Positions 1-16,089 of a stretch of 64,000 bases of DNA are shown in pieces. The notes beneath the pieces are model-generated. The model was not told where the DNA came from. It saw nothing but the letters and a program-made list of their open reading frames with translations, and did not search any database. Every line of letters starts with the position of its first letter. Position 1 is the stretch's first letter. The position numbers were made by a program, and so were the translations under genes. Origin of the DNA: Podarcis gaigeae (lineage: Eukaryota); NCBI GenBank assembly GCA_964106915.2, contig OZ066919.1. One strand, written 5' to 3'.

Positions 1-725
1 TTGTCTCAAAGTGGTGATTTGCCAGCTAATGAACAATACAGACCCACCCTCAGTTATCCATCCCTAGTTACTTCCAGGTTATACTACTGCAGTGCTGTCT
101 CTGTTGGTTTTCCTTTAAAGAAAGCCTTGAAAACCTCAATTAGTAAAAAATGCAGGGCCAGATTGCTAGCTGGGGATGAAAGATTGGAGCATATTCCTTA
201 CTTCCCATCCCTAAATCTGCACTTACAATTGCCAAAAGTAGATTTCAGATTGCAAGTTCCCCCTTTAAAATAACAACATATTAGCAAACCATAGCTCCTT
301 TCCTTTCCTTTTTCCTTTTCTTTTGGCTTCTTCAGATTTAAGCATTGGTTCTAGCCTTTAATGACTTGGGACCAGGTTGCCTCAGGAGCTGTGTTGCTGC
401 AGAAGTTTGCCAGATATTAAGATTAACATCAGAAGCCCTTCTTTTGGTCCTGAGTGGGGATGTGACAGGGCCTTTTTGGTCAGTGGTACTGTGGAATGCC
501 GTCTTTGAGCAGCTCTGCTGTGCCTCTTTCAGTTTTAAAAAACATGTTAAACTTCTTTTTTCAGTGTGCAGCTTGTGTATGATTTTAGTCTGTTAATCTG
601 CTTCATTTTTCTTTTCCACTTGGTTTTTAAGGCATCACTTCTTACTGTTATGGGTTATGATGCACTGTCAATTATACCAATTTTATTTTGTATGTTAACT
701 TGTGTAAGTAGGGCAGAAATGATAA

Positions 726-908
<183 letters not shown>

Positions 909-2293
909 TAAACTTGTTTTCAGACATTTTAACAGCTCTTGTAATTTGATCCCATATAAGTATTTGAGGATTCTCATACCAAAAACTGAATGAGATAAGC
1001 CTTTTCCTTACTTCCCATAGCTTAAGTACTCTCACAAGTGCCAAAAGCAAGTTTCTGCTTGCAAGTAATAAGGTGTAATTTTGTTTGTGTTCTTCCTTTT
1101 TAAAAACAATTATATAGGCACATTTTAATTATTAATTAATTATTTTAATTACTAATTATTTTAATTATTTTGTATGTATGCTCTTTGGCAAATATTGGAA
1201 TTATTAGGAGAAAATGGGGGGGTGAGGGGCAGGACTGTAGTGATGGTTAGTAAGCTGTGGAAAACTCATCCTATTTAGATCATTCCTAGACCTTGTAAGA
1301 TGCATTGTGTGGATGTTAATCTTTTGCTGGCACTTAGTGGGGATAGGAACGCTATGAAATGATGAAACGATTGGAGATTTTGGGCCAGGTCATAAATCTG
1401 TAATATACATGTTGGCTCCATACATATAAGGAAATAGCTAGAAATTTAAACATTTATTTGGCAAATCTGGTGAGAGGCAAAGGCAGTGAAGTGAGCCTTT
1501 TCTAGTTCCTTTCAGATGTCTGGAAGGACTTCAGCATCTGTGTTGGGACATGTGGAAATATTTTTCCCCACATTACAATCAGTTTCTCCCTGCCCCCCAG
1601 CCCCAGTAATGTTAGAAGCTGGCTTCCTCAGTTTTAACCACCAAGATCAGTGGTTCTTGTTTATCAGACTTGGATACGTAGAGGATTCAGAACATGCAGT
1701 TGTTTGATTTACAGAAAATGAGGTGCTTTTCTGAAGGTTGAGGTGCCCCTAGCTTCCATTGGAGAGCAGGGTAAGGAATGGGAAGCTTTTGTAATGCTCC
1801 TCTGACCCAAGCCCCATTGTACAAGTGGCTGTCCTTGCACAATTTCTGGTGAATCTGCCCAATATTTATTTAGTGGCCTCACTAGAATTAAAACATACTG
1901 TTGACAGCAATCAGAACTGTGTTCTTTTATAGTAATTGTCACTAGTTGTTTGGCTGCTAGCAAAAATGGTTTCAGCAATATGGGATGTAATTTTTTTAAA
2001 AACCTTTTAAAATCTATTTCAAACTTTAAAATTCATGCTTTCTCTGACTTTGCATATGCAGCTGTTCTTTGGTAAATACATTGCCATGGTGTTCACAGAT
2101 ATTTAAATGACTTTTTACATTTGTAATCTGCTTGCTTCTTACAGTTCTTTGTATTACTCAGTAAGGAGATCTCTGCCACAAGTCGTCACATAGAGTTGGT
2201 TGTGACATCATGTCTCAATGCCCAATTAACTTTGAGAAAACTGTCTCTAGGATATACTGTATTTGAAGGAATGCGACTCAGAGTAGCTATTAA

Positions 2294-2404
<111 letters not shown>

Positions 2405-3567
2405 TAGCATATGTGGCTACTATATAAATAAAGAAGGTATTCTAGAACATTGTGAGTGCCCTTTGGGTGCAGGCATCACAGGGTTTGGAGCGATTTTCAG
2501 CTCCAGCTGGTGTGCCCACTAAGGCCATTTCTGGAATGAGACAGCCTCACCACAGTTCTGCATGTTCTGGCCACCTCCTGTTCAGACAACTGTAGTGCCC
2601 TCTATGTTGGTTTGCCCTAGAAGACTGCCTGGAAACTGCAGATAGTGCAGGATGTAGCTGTAGGAGTCCTTACAGGCAGTTATGTGCAATGTTATGTAAA
2701 ACCTATTCTGTGGGATCTGAACTTCTTCATATTTGTTACCAGGGCCAGTTCTTTGAGCTTAAACTAATATATAAAGCCCTTCACGTCTTGTGGGTACACA
2801 TTTGTTGAACCACCTCTCCCCATGACAGCCCACACTCTTGAATTTGGCAGAAAACCCTGCTGGTGGTCCAACTCGCAGCTGCAGTTCACTGAGTAGAGAC
2901 CTGGCGCAGGGCCTTATCTTTAGTGGTGCCACCGTTATTGAACTCCTCCTCCTCCTAGCCATATCTTTAATGGGTGCCCACTGCATGTGAAGGGCACTTG
3001 TTCACATGAACATATGAAGGGCATGCCTGATTCTTAGTCTCAATTTGCGCTGTTGAATTGATTGTTGTTGGTTATTTGCTGTTATTTTTATTGATGGCAT
3101 TTGATTTGCTAGATGGAAACTGCCTTGGGGTTATTTATTACTTTTAAGTAATATATAAGAAGACAAATCAACTGTATTGTGAAACATGTTTTTCTTGGCA
3201 ACTTCTGCACCTTTGTGTCACTTTAAAAAATGGAAACAATATAACTCCACATCTTTTTATCATCTTTATCCAATCTGAAAGCCGCACACTGAACAATTTT
3301 GACAGATAATTGACTGTTCAGAAGGGAACGTTGCTGTCACTTCATAGCTTGTCCACAGGTTAAATGGATGGTGCTACCTCAATACAGAGTACTTACCTCA
3401 TTAAAGTGAGGTAATTTTCTCAAACTGCATTTTCTAGTGATTGGGTGCATTCATAGTGTGTTAAACCTACATATTTTTTAATAATCTATTTTTTAATCTA
3501 TGTATGATAGCAACAGATGGGTGCTCAATTACACTTCTGGTTATTGTGAATGTGTTTTTTTATATAG

Positions 3568-3640
3568 GAAATCATGGTGGGCTCCATGTTTCAAGCTGAA
3601 ATTCCAGTTGGGATATCTAAATACAAAGAAAATGAAAAAG
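3568..3640 (+). CDS. MIER1: MIER1 coding exon (start of ELM2 domain)
   Basis: EIMVGSMFQAEIPVGISKYKENEK; AG/GT; phase 0->1. Confidence 0.97.
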
Positions 3641-4506
3641 GTAAACTTTAATTGCTGTTAATGCTGTGGTGGTAATTTGATCCAAATTAAGAGATCTGAC
3701 AAATTTGAGGTAAAATGTTTAGAGGGAAAGGTGGCCACTGAGGTTCATGATTGAGGTAAACTTTAGCAGTTCTCATAATGTTGCAATGTGATTATCACAT
3801 TAATTCCATTGGTAAAAGTTACTATCCATTTTATCATGTTAAAAATGGTAATGAGAAACAAGCTCATGACCTAATGAATCTCTATAAGAATCTTTATTTT
3901 GGTTACTGGAAAACTGCTGTGTAAGGAATATTTATTTATTTAGCCAATAGTATAATTGTATTCAGCTGAATTTCCTGGACTGGAACTGACAGATGAAGTA
4001 ACAGCTATTAAGACTCTCATAGTCCAGGGCTTCATCACTGGGCAACACCTGCTGATCTTGTAGCGTTTGGCTCTGGTGGCAGGTGCTGGGGAAGCAAAGA
4101 TGTTAGAAGTCTCAATCCCCAATGCTTTTTGTCATGAATGATGAGTGAATACTTACTTTGTTGCACACAGCTTCCCATCAGAGCAAAGTGATAGAACTGA
4201 GTTGCCCATTTACAAGAGTTAGACTTTGCATAATGTCACCAATGAATATATATCCTTCAAGTTGCCGCCAATTATTAGGGAACCAGTAGAACTCAACTCT
4301 TCAGGTTTGCCAGCTTTACAGCTCAGCCCTGTGTTATCTACTCAGAAATAAGTCTGTTTTTTTCCGAGAAAACCATACATTGTGTAGAATTATTGACAGA
4401 AATGCTGTCAAGGAAGTCTGTTTAGCATTTTGGCTTGTTTTGGAGGTAAATGGAAAGAATTTTGGTAGATAGGTTTAAAGGTAGATGATGTTAAGACAAT
4501 ATATAA

Positions 4507-4992
<486 letters not shown>

Positions 4993-5076
4993 CAGCAGGA
5001 TCTAGCTTTGTCTTAACACTGGATTTTAAAAACAGAAACAACTGATTTTGTTCCAGTGTTTTTAAACAATAGTTGA

Positions 5077-5265
<189 letters not shown>

Positions 5266-5510
5266 TAAGAGCCCTTTAATATATCAAATATATATCTTCC
5301 ATCCATCCATTATTTTAGAGATCTTAAAATAATTCAGTTTAATATTTGTGGTTTTAATTTTTTTATTGTAAATGTTTCAGTGAAACAAAATAAATGAAAA
5401 AATGCAAAAGGAAATGAAAGGTACATTAAAAAATTACAATAATTTAGTTTACTCTTGAGAGTTTTCCTACCCTTCAGGTGTACTTATTAGTTACTATTAT
5501 GTTGATTTGT

Positions 5511-6443
5511 AGCTGTTTGACTGATGGAACCCTAAGAGTGCACATCAATGGTTCCTCGTTATTCTTGGAAAATAATGACAAGTGGGGTGCCATAGGGTCT
5601 GTCCTGGGCCTGGTGTTGTGACTTGAATGAAGGAATAGATGGGATGCTCATCAAATTGCAGGTGCCACCAGAGTGTTGTACGTGTGCCCCTTAGGGTACA
5701 TGAAAGGGATTCAAAGGGTGGGCAGCATAATTTTTTTGTTTTACTTCATCATAGGTTTTTTTAGCTGCATAAAACAATTCAAATATAAAATAATATTATT
5801 AAAACTACCCCCAAATTACATACGCCTGAGAAGGTGGTGCAGTGGTAAGACAAAACTCAAAAGGCATATACGATTATTGTACCTTTCGGAAACGCTGCCT
5901 CAGAATATAGAATCAGCATTCAAAATGGCTTTAACAGGTTGGAGAACTGGGCCAAAACTATCAAAATGCATTTCAGTAGGGACAAATGTTTAAGGAGGAT
6001 ATCAAAAAGCTGGAATCTGTGCAGAGGAGGGCAACCAAGATTTATCAATGGTCTGGAAACCAAGCCTTAAGATAAACAGTTGAGGGAGTTGGGTATGTTT
6101 AGCCTTGAGAAGAGAAGACTGAGAGGAGCTAGGATAGCCATCTTCAGATATCTGAAGGGCTGTCACAATATGGAACAAGCTTGTTTTCTGCTGCTCTGGA
6201 AGGTAGAATCTGAACCAAAAGATAAAAATAGCAAGAAAGGAGATTCTAAATAATCATTAGGATGACTTTTCTGACAGTAAGATCTGTTTGAGATTGGAAT
6301 GGACTGCTTCAGAAGGTGGTGGACTCTCCTTCCTTGGTGAGGAATAATCTGAGTTTGGGTGGCTATCTGGCAGAGACGCTTTAGCTGCCTTTCGCTAGAT
6401 GACCCTTGTAGACCTCTCCCAACTCTAGAATTCTGTGATTCTA
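5511..6443 (+). mobile_element. Degenerate CR1 LINE 3' fragment (interrupted at about 5663-5935)
   Basis: RT-like pieces (GGGGTGCCATAGGGTCTGTCCTGGG; CAGAGGAGGGCAACCAAGAT) and CR1 tail TTCTGTGATTCTA. Confidence 0.75.
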
Positions 6444-6524
6444 AAAGTTCTAGTTTCTTTAAATATAACTGAGTCCTCGTAAAATTGTCCAACTATAACC
6501 TGTAAAATTGTCCAACTATAACAT

Positions 6525-6690
6525 ATATTCAGGTAGGTAGCCGTGTTCATCTGACGCAGTCGAAATAAATAAAAATAAAAAATTGTCCAGTAGCGGCCTT
6601 AGAGACCAACTAAGTTTGTTCTGAGTATAAGCTGAGTATAATTTATTTCTACAACATATATGCCTAAGTAGATTTGATACGGCAACTATG
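6525..6690. mobile_element. Penelope-like element terminal fragment
   Basis: GGTAGCCGTGTT...CCAGTAGC..CTTAGAGACCAACTAAGTTTGTTC; reverse complement of the 40885-41017 fragment. Confidence 0.6.
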
Positions 6691-7009
6691 CACACATCTG
6701 TCTCATTCATATATAAAGTGGAGGTGGGGTTAATATATACTATGTTGTAATACTGTTGGGGGAAAACAACTTAAAGATTAAAGCAGCAGAATCCAACATT
6801 TGATGTGATCTGGAAATTAGATAAGATTGCACAGGGTGCAGCAAGGCAAGCATTTCGCTCCCCATTTGTGCTTTTTGTGTAATAGTAAACAATCCTCTCC
6901 TGCTCAATCTCTCTCCACCCATCCCCCCAAAGTTATGGTTAAGAGATGTCTGCATATGACTATGTATATTGGCTAAGTTTTTGGCTTAGAGCTGAGGCAC
7001 TGTTAGTGG

Positions 7010-8165
7010 GTGGTTCCCTAGACCAGATGGATGGGAGGTTGCCTGGTCTTGATGAGGTTACACTCCCTCTGAAGGAGTAGGTCTGTAGCTTGGGGCTACT
7101 CCTGGGTCATTTGCTGTTGGTTGAGGCTCAGGTGGCCTCGGTGGTGTAGACCACCTTCCATCAGCTTCGCCTGGTGGCCCAGCTGCACCCCTATCTGGAC
7201 ATGGATAGCCCAACTTTAGTTGTCTGTGCTCTGGGAACCTCTAGGCTAGATTATTCAAACTGATGCATTGTACATGGGGCTGCTTCTGAAGGCACTTTGG
7301 GAACTTCAGCTGGTGCAGAATTCAGTGGCTAGGGTGATCATCAGGACAAGATAGCTTGAGCATATAATGTATATCTTGACCCATCTACACTGGCTGCCAG
7401 TTAGTTTCTGGGCCCAATTCAAAGTGCTGGTTTTGACCTATAAAGCCTTGAATGGATCAGGAATGCAATAATCTCAAGGACCACCTCTCCTGATACCATA
7501 TTGGCCTGAATATAAGCCTCACTTTTCCCCCAAATTCCAACTGTTAAAAGTTAAGGTGCGGCTTAAATTTGCAGCCTTACAAAAATGGGCTTTGACGATG
7601 CTGAAACAGACATACGGTAAAACGGAAGAAAAAAAATACGTTTTTTTGCTGATTTGTGAGCTCAAGACTGCTCATTTGCCATTTGCAGGTGTGAGTGCCT
7701 ACGGAATTGTAGCAGTTGAATAGCAATTTGCCATTTGAGCAATTGTATGAGCTTGCAAGATCAAAGGCTTAAATGGGCTTGGAGTTAGAATTCTACCAAC
7801 CGCAGCAATTTTAAGCCTGTAACCCAATTTTAAGGGAGTGGCTTATATTTGGCTATTGTCTTTCTCTCCCTCTCTCTCTCTCTCTCTCCCTCCCTCTCCC
7901 TCTCCCCCCCCCCCCGAATTTTAAAGGTGTGGCTTATTTGAGGGTGTGGCCTATATTCGGGCCAATACGGTATATACCAACCTGGACTCTGCGAACATCA
8001 TCTAAAGCCCTTCTTTGTGTGCCCCTTCCATGAGTATTCTATGGCCTTTTTAATGTTTCCTTGTTCTTGGTTTATTATGTAATTTGTATTTTTATGTTGT
8101 GAACCACCCTGTGATCTTTGGATGAAGGGTGGTATACAGATAAACTAACTAATCAATCAATCAAT
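7010..8165 (+). mobile_element. L2-type LINE 3' fragment interrupted by a DNA transposon
   Basis: Motifs for SRLDY, LQLVQN and LHWLPV, CCCAATTCAAAGTGCTGG; short tandem tail (AATC)n. Confidence 0.75.
7496..7970. mobile_element. Non-autonomous pogo/Tigger-like DNA transposon
   Basis: TIRs CCATATTGGCCTGAATATAAGCC / GGCCTATATTCGGGCCAATACGG, flanked by TA. Confidence 0.8.
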
Positions 8166-8343
8166 CTTTATTACGGTGCAGAGACCCAACAAATCATTAC
8201 AAATCAATACACAATTCATACAGCCTACCTCCAAGTTAATCAAGCATTTTGTTTAGAATATAGGGCTCATTTGTTCTTGGACAAATGCTAGAACATTAGC
8301 AGTAGCAAAGTTTTTATCGGTGGTTGCAAGAACTAAATAATAA

Positions 8344-8541
<198 letters not shown>

Positions 8542-8788
8542 TGAGTAATTCAGAGCAAAAATTGCCTTAACGTTCCATATCTGCTTCTGAGCAAGACTGT
8601 GCTATTTACCCTATCTAGCTTAACATGTAATGTGGTGTTTTGGGAGGGAGAAGTAAGGGCAGTTTGCTTGGCTGGTCATTCAGGGGCACTCGCCTAAGGC
8701 GTTTGGCAAGGTGTTAATCTGCCTAAATGTCCCCATTTTGAACAATCCCTCAACTCCGAGTCTTGTCATCTCAGAGTGTGTTTCATAA

Positions 8789-8965
<177 letters not shown>

Positions 8966-9872
8966 TAAGCTGTAATCAATTTCGGTTGGTTTTGTGTTTC
9001 TGTATACAGGGAATGGGAAATGGGAAATGGGAAATGGATGTGTGCTCTTCCTAGTCAGAGTTCCACTTACAAGTCCTAGTCAGAGTTCCACTTACTCTCC
9101 TAAGTCTAGCGTTTGAATCTAGGTCCCTCTAAGTCTAGCATTCAGTTAGATTCTGATCTAAGTCCAGCAGGCTGGCTCTCCTAGCACAGCAGCACTTGTC
9201 TGTCTTTTATAGTGCTTTTTGGCCAGGGAGCCCTCAAAGTGGTGCATAAATACCTAGCAATTATTATAATTGGCCGGCTTACAGCATATCTAAAAATGGT
9301 AAAAACATCAAGCATTAAAAACCTCCCAATACGACAGTACCCAGCAATGTAATGTCAAACCAAGGGAGTAGAGTTCCATGAAAAAAAGTAGCTGGCATAA
9401 TTGTCTCCAAGCAGCTTGATTTATTAGACTTGTTAGCTGCTTGTTACACAGAAGTTTGCTGTGACTTACAGCAAAATAAGCATAAATAAAACACATTTTG
9501 GAGTGAGTGAGCTTGATGGAGACTTCAGTTTAAGAATGTGTATGCCACCCTCCAATGGAAAATGAACAGGGTTGCTTACAAAGAAGTATAAGACACATAA
9601 AGAACAGATATAAGTGGCATAAAATACCATAAAAGCATGGGGAAACTTTAAAGGTGTTTTGCCAGGCACTGCCAAGGCTTCCTGAGTTTCACAGATGGTG
9701 TAGCACCAATGACAAGAAATAGTTGATGTTGTCTTATGAAGTCTTGTTGCATTATCAAGTATGAACAATATTTTTTCCAGTTGTGCAGTACTGCAAAATT
9801 TAAAATTAATTTGTACATAGACTGCTGTGCGCTTTCCACTAATGTTTGTCTTACTGAAATGATGTTCTAGAG

Positions 9873-11165
9873 CAGTGTTTCACAACCAGAGGCCATATGG
9901 CCCCCCGGGATATTCCAGTGGGGCACAGGTGAAAATCGCACAAATGGGGCGCCGCAGCACGAGGGGCCACAGCGGGAAGTGAGAACTGAGGGGGGGAAGC
10001 ATTTTTTAAAACATACTTATTGGCTGACTATTCGCTTGGTCAATCACAAGTGAGTAAGGGGGTGGCCTACCAGGGCCTAGTGCTCCTTTTTGCCCCGTGC
10101 ATTTCTTGGAGCAGTCCTGGTTTCATTTCCAGTAGAGAGGGCGATCACTCTACTCCCGTTTTGACTAGTAGAGCCCCCATGTCGGGTAAATGTGGTAGTG
10201 GGGTGGTAATGGGTAGGGCTGGGCGAGCTGCTTGGGCCCGGTGGCAGCCTGGGCCTGACTCTGCAAGCCACAGGGTGCAATCCACCCCAGCCCCACGTGG
10301 ATCAGAGCTGTCTGCCCAATTCTGCAAGGCATGGGGTAAAATCCACCCCAGTGCCTAGCTGAGTGGGGTCATCTGGTGCTACTGACTTGCATCAAGTAAA
10401 AAACTGTCTACTCAGAAGAATGCCACACAGAGTTCAGTGGGTCTTACTCCCAGGTAAGCGTGAGGCTATAGTGTTTTATCTAGGCAGCCAGGGCTCCTCC
10501 AGATGACAATATCTTTTTGCTTCAGATCAGTGAGGACCACTTGCTTTTTAAAATTCTTCCAAATATACAGAATATATATATACTGTGTATATATATAAAC
10601 CATATATACTGTGTGCCTTATGCATTGTATCTGTAGGTTTCCCCCCTGTGTCAAATAACTGGGGTCAAATAAGTATTTTTAATTTTTACAACACATGGGA
10701 TGTTCTGGACTCAACTTCCTTGGTGGTTTCTAAGCAGAGGTTGGATGGCCATCTGTCATGGATGCCTTAGATGTGTTTCCTACATTGCAGGGGTTGCACT
10801 ATAAAGATGACCCTCGGGGTCCCTTCCAACTCCATGATTGTATATTTTTCTGCTTCAATAATATTTCATTATGTTCCTATCATTTTATGTAATTGTATTT
10901 TGTATAAATTATAAAAATTTGTAAAATATGTAAAATTCTGTTTACAAACAAAACATTTAAATAGCTACCTTTCTACCAGTAGAGGGGGTGTGTGTGCATG
11001 GGTGTAGCCAATATTTTTGTTAGGGGCTAGAACCTCAGATTGGTACTGATTTTTTTTACTTATTTATGGGGGGCAGCTGCCCCCCTAGGCTATACCCATG
11101 AGGGACCACAGGAAGGAAACAAGATCAGAAGGGGGCCATGGTCAGAAAAAGGTTGGGAAACACTG
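9873..11165. mobile_element. Non-autonomous hAT (Charlie-like) transposon, 1293 bp
   Basis: TIRs CAGTGTTTCACAACC / GGTTGGGAAACACTG; perfect 8-bp TSD TTCTAGAG (9865-9872, 11166-11173). Confidence 0.9.
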
Positions 11166-11431
11166 TTCTAGAGCAAGGGTGGACAAACTTTTTTGTGGGT
11201 GGGGCCGGGGGAGTTGAATTTCCTCAAGGGTAACCGGTCAGCTGCTGCATACCAGCAATGGATGGGATCAGAGCCCAAAGTTGGGTGGTCTTAGCCCTCT
11301 TTTCTGTTTCTGCCACCCACATGGTCCTATTTCTCCCCTTTTGCCACCCCGTTGATACAGCACTTTGAACAGAAAATGAAGATCCTGGTAGCAAACAATT
11401 GTATTAAACTTCTCTGCTTTATCCATGCTGA

Positions 11432-11605
<174 letters not shown>

Positions 11606-11772
11606 TAAAATTTCTATGTCCTTAGTATACCTGACATTTCTTAAACTAAACATTTTTCCAAAGCTCATTGCAGATATCCCATGGGCATTGTGAACAGTTC
11701 TATAATCTACACTTGATTCACAAACACACATAAGTGGTGTGGTGCTGTAAACTCAAATGGGAAATTTCATAA

Positions 11773-12249
<477 letters not shown>

Positions 12250-12702
12250 ATGTTTGGCTTTATTCCTTCAAGCAATTTTTGGGGTGTCCAAAATTTTCAG
12301 GGTTGGTAGGTTACCCTTACAGATTCAGATCCTTTAATATAATTTATTGAGATTTTGAAATACATTTTGGTTGCTTCCTAATCCTGACTGAAGAAGTTGC
12401 AGCATACCTTTCAAATCTTGAATGATACATTTAATTGGAGCACGTTCTATTGAAAAGGACTGCTTCCTCTTTAGCATTTCAAGGAAAACAGACATAAACT
12501 ACTGGGCAAAATACACTCTGAAAAGTCATCAATGTCAAATTCCATAATATTGGATAGTAAAGTTGTAAAGCAGGATTCATAAAACAAGTGAGGATCTGAT
12601 GATAGTTTATCAGTCCATAGGAAGAGAATGGTGGTTAAGGAATGCCTGTAAATCCTGAAAGTTGTATGTGAGAAAGTATTTTTTTATATATAGAAATATT
12701 TA

Positions 12703-12842
12703 NNNNNNNNNNNNNNNNNNNNNNNNNNNNNNNNNNNNNNNNNNNNNNNNNNNNNNNNNNNNNNNNNNNNNNNNNNNNNNNNNNNNNNNNNNNNNNNNNN
12801 NNNNNNNNNNNNNNNNNNNNNNNNNNNNNNNNNNNNNNNNNN
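12703..12842. other. Assembly gap (140 N) in the MIER1 3' UTR region
   Basis: Run of N. Confidence 1.
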
Positions 12843-15800
12843 GTCATGATTGAGCTGTAATTTCTAAATACAAGTGTGTAATTTTCATAACTTGTACAGT
12901 ATGGTAAACTTTTACGAGATTTGATCTGTCAGCTTCATTTTATTTTGCTAAAGCTTTTTTATTAAAAAAAGAGTAATAGTCATGTTTCAGAAAGCGGTAA
13001 AATTTTTAAATATTTAAAATTCACACCCAATTATGAATACCATAATTTTTCAAATTTCTATCTTGAGACAAATGGTGACTTAGAATTTTGGAATTTAGGA
13101 CGATGCTTTGATTGCACAAGTGTTCTTGCTTTTATAATTCTTTTTCAGATTTATTTTTATGATGAGACAACCTTAAATGCTTTAATGTTGCTAAATCTTG
13201 TTAGCCAAGGTCAGGCATTACATTGTTCATTAATTATTTTTACATTTCAGTGAGCACAGTGTAGTTGTGAAATGGGTCTGGTAGCCTTGATGAGGAACAA
13301 ATGCACAGCTCATATTTGGGCCTGATCATACATTCCAAGGAATTCACTTGGATTTATGCTGCTTACTGTTTCTTAGGAAGCAGAAGAGTCTTTGAATAAT
13401 TATTGCATATATATGTATGAATATGCCCGTGTCTGTGAGGTACTGTAAAGGCTGGTAACCTTTTTTAAAAAATAAATTGCTTGACAGATGTCCTTGACAA
13501 TGTGGCAGGAATAGTCCCTGTAGCCATGATTCCCATCCTTAAGAGGATTTAGATAATGGCCATGGTAGAGGTTTGCCATGTTTGTCCCTTATTGCCATGT
13601 AAAATGACTCATTGGAAGTATTGTTTTTGTTGCTTTTACATCAGGCTATCTGTAGTTTTCTCCATCCACTTGTCTTGAGGCTTGCTTTAAAGGTTACAAC
13701 CATGCTGTTTCAAGTTGGCCTGATAACTCTGTAACTTGGCAAAATGTGTGACGTTTGGTCTTAATTATGTGAACCTCCATTTCATTGTAGATGTCATTTA
13801 AGTTATTTAATTATTAATAGAGCCCCCTGCTTTCTCCTGAAATGTTTTGGCAGAATATGTGATCTAACTTACAGGGCTAATATTTATTGTCTAGAGCTCA
13901 GAAGCAGTGTATCTCCCAGCAGGCATGACTTGCCTCTATAGATTAAACCCTTCATCTTGTAAACTGAACTGTTTTTGGGAGGTGACATAGTTGGCAAAAC
14001 CCAGATTTGTTAAATATGGGAATCCAAAGTTTTCATAGCCTCGTATCAAAGATTGTCTCTATAAAGTATGTTAGAGCAAGGCAGCACAATGCTTTTAGAA
14101 CTCTTATTGCAACTATTTTTCTTCCTTACCTATATATCTTGCAAGTGGAAATGCTTGCAATACAATTCATAGGAAAGTTTCTAAGTATATTGTTCTCAGG
14201 CTTGTAAGTAAAATATAGCACTGTGTACATTTTCAGAAATTTTACTTTGGTCTTTGATCTTACTTTCAATGGTATGCCTAAGAAAAGTCCTGACATTCCA
14301 TAATCAATATGTAATGCTCAGCTGTTCATTAAGTATTTAATTGTAATGTGCATTTTGTTTATCCAGGTGTTTATACAATATTTTATTCATGTTCTTTAAA
14401 ATGCAGCCACTATAACTTGATAAGACATTGCACTAGTAGTACTATTTAAAATTCTAGTAATATAGTAACCTGTTCAAGAAGCTTTCAGTTCTGTTTGGAA
14501 AAGGAAAAAATACTGCTTCCAAATTGGATTGAAAAGTCAGTGCAGCTTGTGTATAGTAATTGTAATGTATATTTTTAAGCACTATTGTGTCATGATCCAT
14601 GAAGTGCATTGCGTGAAGTCTGAATCAAACCTTCAATTCAACAGGTCTGACTGTTGGACTTTATAAAAGGGTTTAAAGTGATATTTTGAAAGAAATTAAA
14701 AATTTGCAAATTAGTTTTTATAAATTTTTCACATAGTACTTTTGCACTGTTGGTAATCCCTGTGTCCCTTCCCTAGTTCGCCATCTGCAATTCTGGAAAA
14801 GCTGATTATAAAGTATTTTTTTAAACACATTGCTTACATAAATACAACTGAATATATTAAGACTGGAACTTCTGTTTCTTTTAAGAGAAGCTTGTGTCAC
14901 TAAAGCTTGTGGAACTTTTCTGATGGTGTATTTGGACTATTCAGTAGTAGTCTTCACAGCCTTGCACATTGAACTTTACATGTGTGTTATACTGATGTAT
15001 CATTAACATTTCAAAACAATTCAGGCCAGGAGAAGAGATTATTGAAGCCATAGCTCTAGGCTTACTGTATGATCCGCCATGACTTCTGTGTTACAAAGCA
15101 TTATGGGAAACAACGGAATCCATCACTTATTGACATGCTGCTGGGGTCTTGAGTGACAATAATTCAAGTCAAATGCTATTCAAACAAAATTCGCTATTGA
15201 AGTGGTGAGTAGAATAGTACACCTGTATTGTGATACACCAACCAGATATACTTATTTGCAAACATTACCAGTAACACATTTACCTGTTACTGAAAAAGAA
15301 ACCAACAAATTTTAAAACTGAGACATGGAAAAATTGTCTCAAAATTTATTTCTAAGCCAGTACAAAAATACATATGGACATAAAATTCCTTCTGGTTTCC
15401 TCTTACTTACAGTATATAAAGCCTACAGAATATACATTTTTTTAAAAAAAAAAGTTGACCCTTTATGCTAGAATTCTCAATCTTGTAAATAAATTCTATA
15501 TATGAAAATAGTTAAGAGGAAAATTAACAGCATAGAAAATAAACTAGTAAGAATTTTGTTTTATCTTCCCAGTGTATGTGGTATCTTATAGAACTTGGCA
15601 CTGCAAAGTGTTTACAAAATGCAAATGCATTCAGAACAATTTTACATGATTTTTTTAAGAAAATCTGTAGCAAATACCCTGAGAGCAACTGCCTCAGTAC
15701 AGCAGATTAGAGAGAGAGAAAAATACAAGAATTTGATTGTATCAGGAATTCATTATACATAGATGACATTTTCTGTAGTCAGGCCATGCAAATACTCTTA

Positions 15801-16023
15801 TTTGCACAAATATTTACATATATTATTCTCTATGAACTTGTGTTTTGCAGCGTTTGGTACTTTTAGGCAGGACTCTTGGGAAGAAAGTAAGACAGGCAAT
15901 GATGTGGTGAGTAATACCATACATAATTGTTAGAGTTGTAAAATTTATGTGGTGTTTGTTTGAAGTGAATGGAATGTCTTGTATTCTGCATAAGAAGCCA
16001 GTATAGTCTTTCCTAAAAAATGA

Positions 16024-16089
16024 ATCATAGAATCATAGAGTTGGAAGAGACCACAAAGGCCATCGAGTCCAACCCCCTGCCAAGCAGGA
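16024..16089 (-). mobile_element. CR1-type 3' tail fragment
   Basis: ATCATAGAATCATAGAGTTGGAAGAGACC...TCCAACCCCCTGC. Confidence 0.75.
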
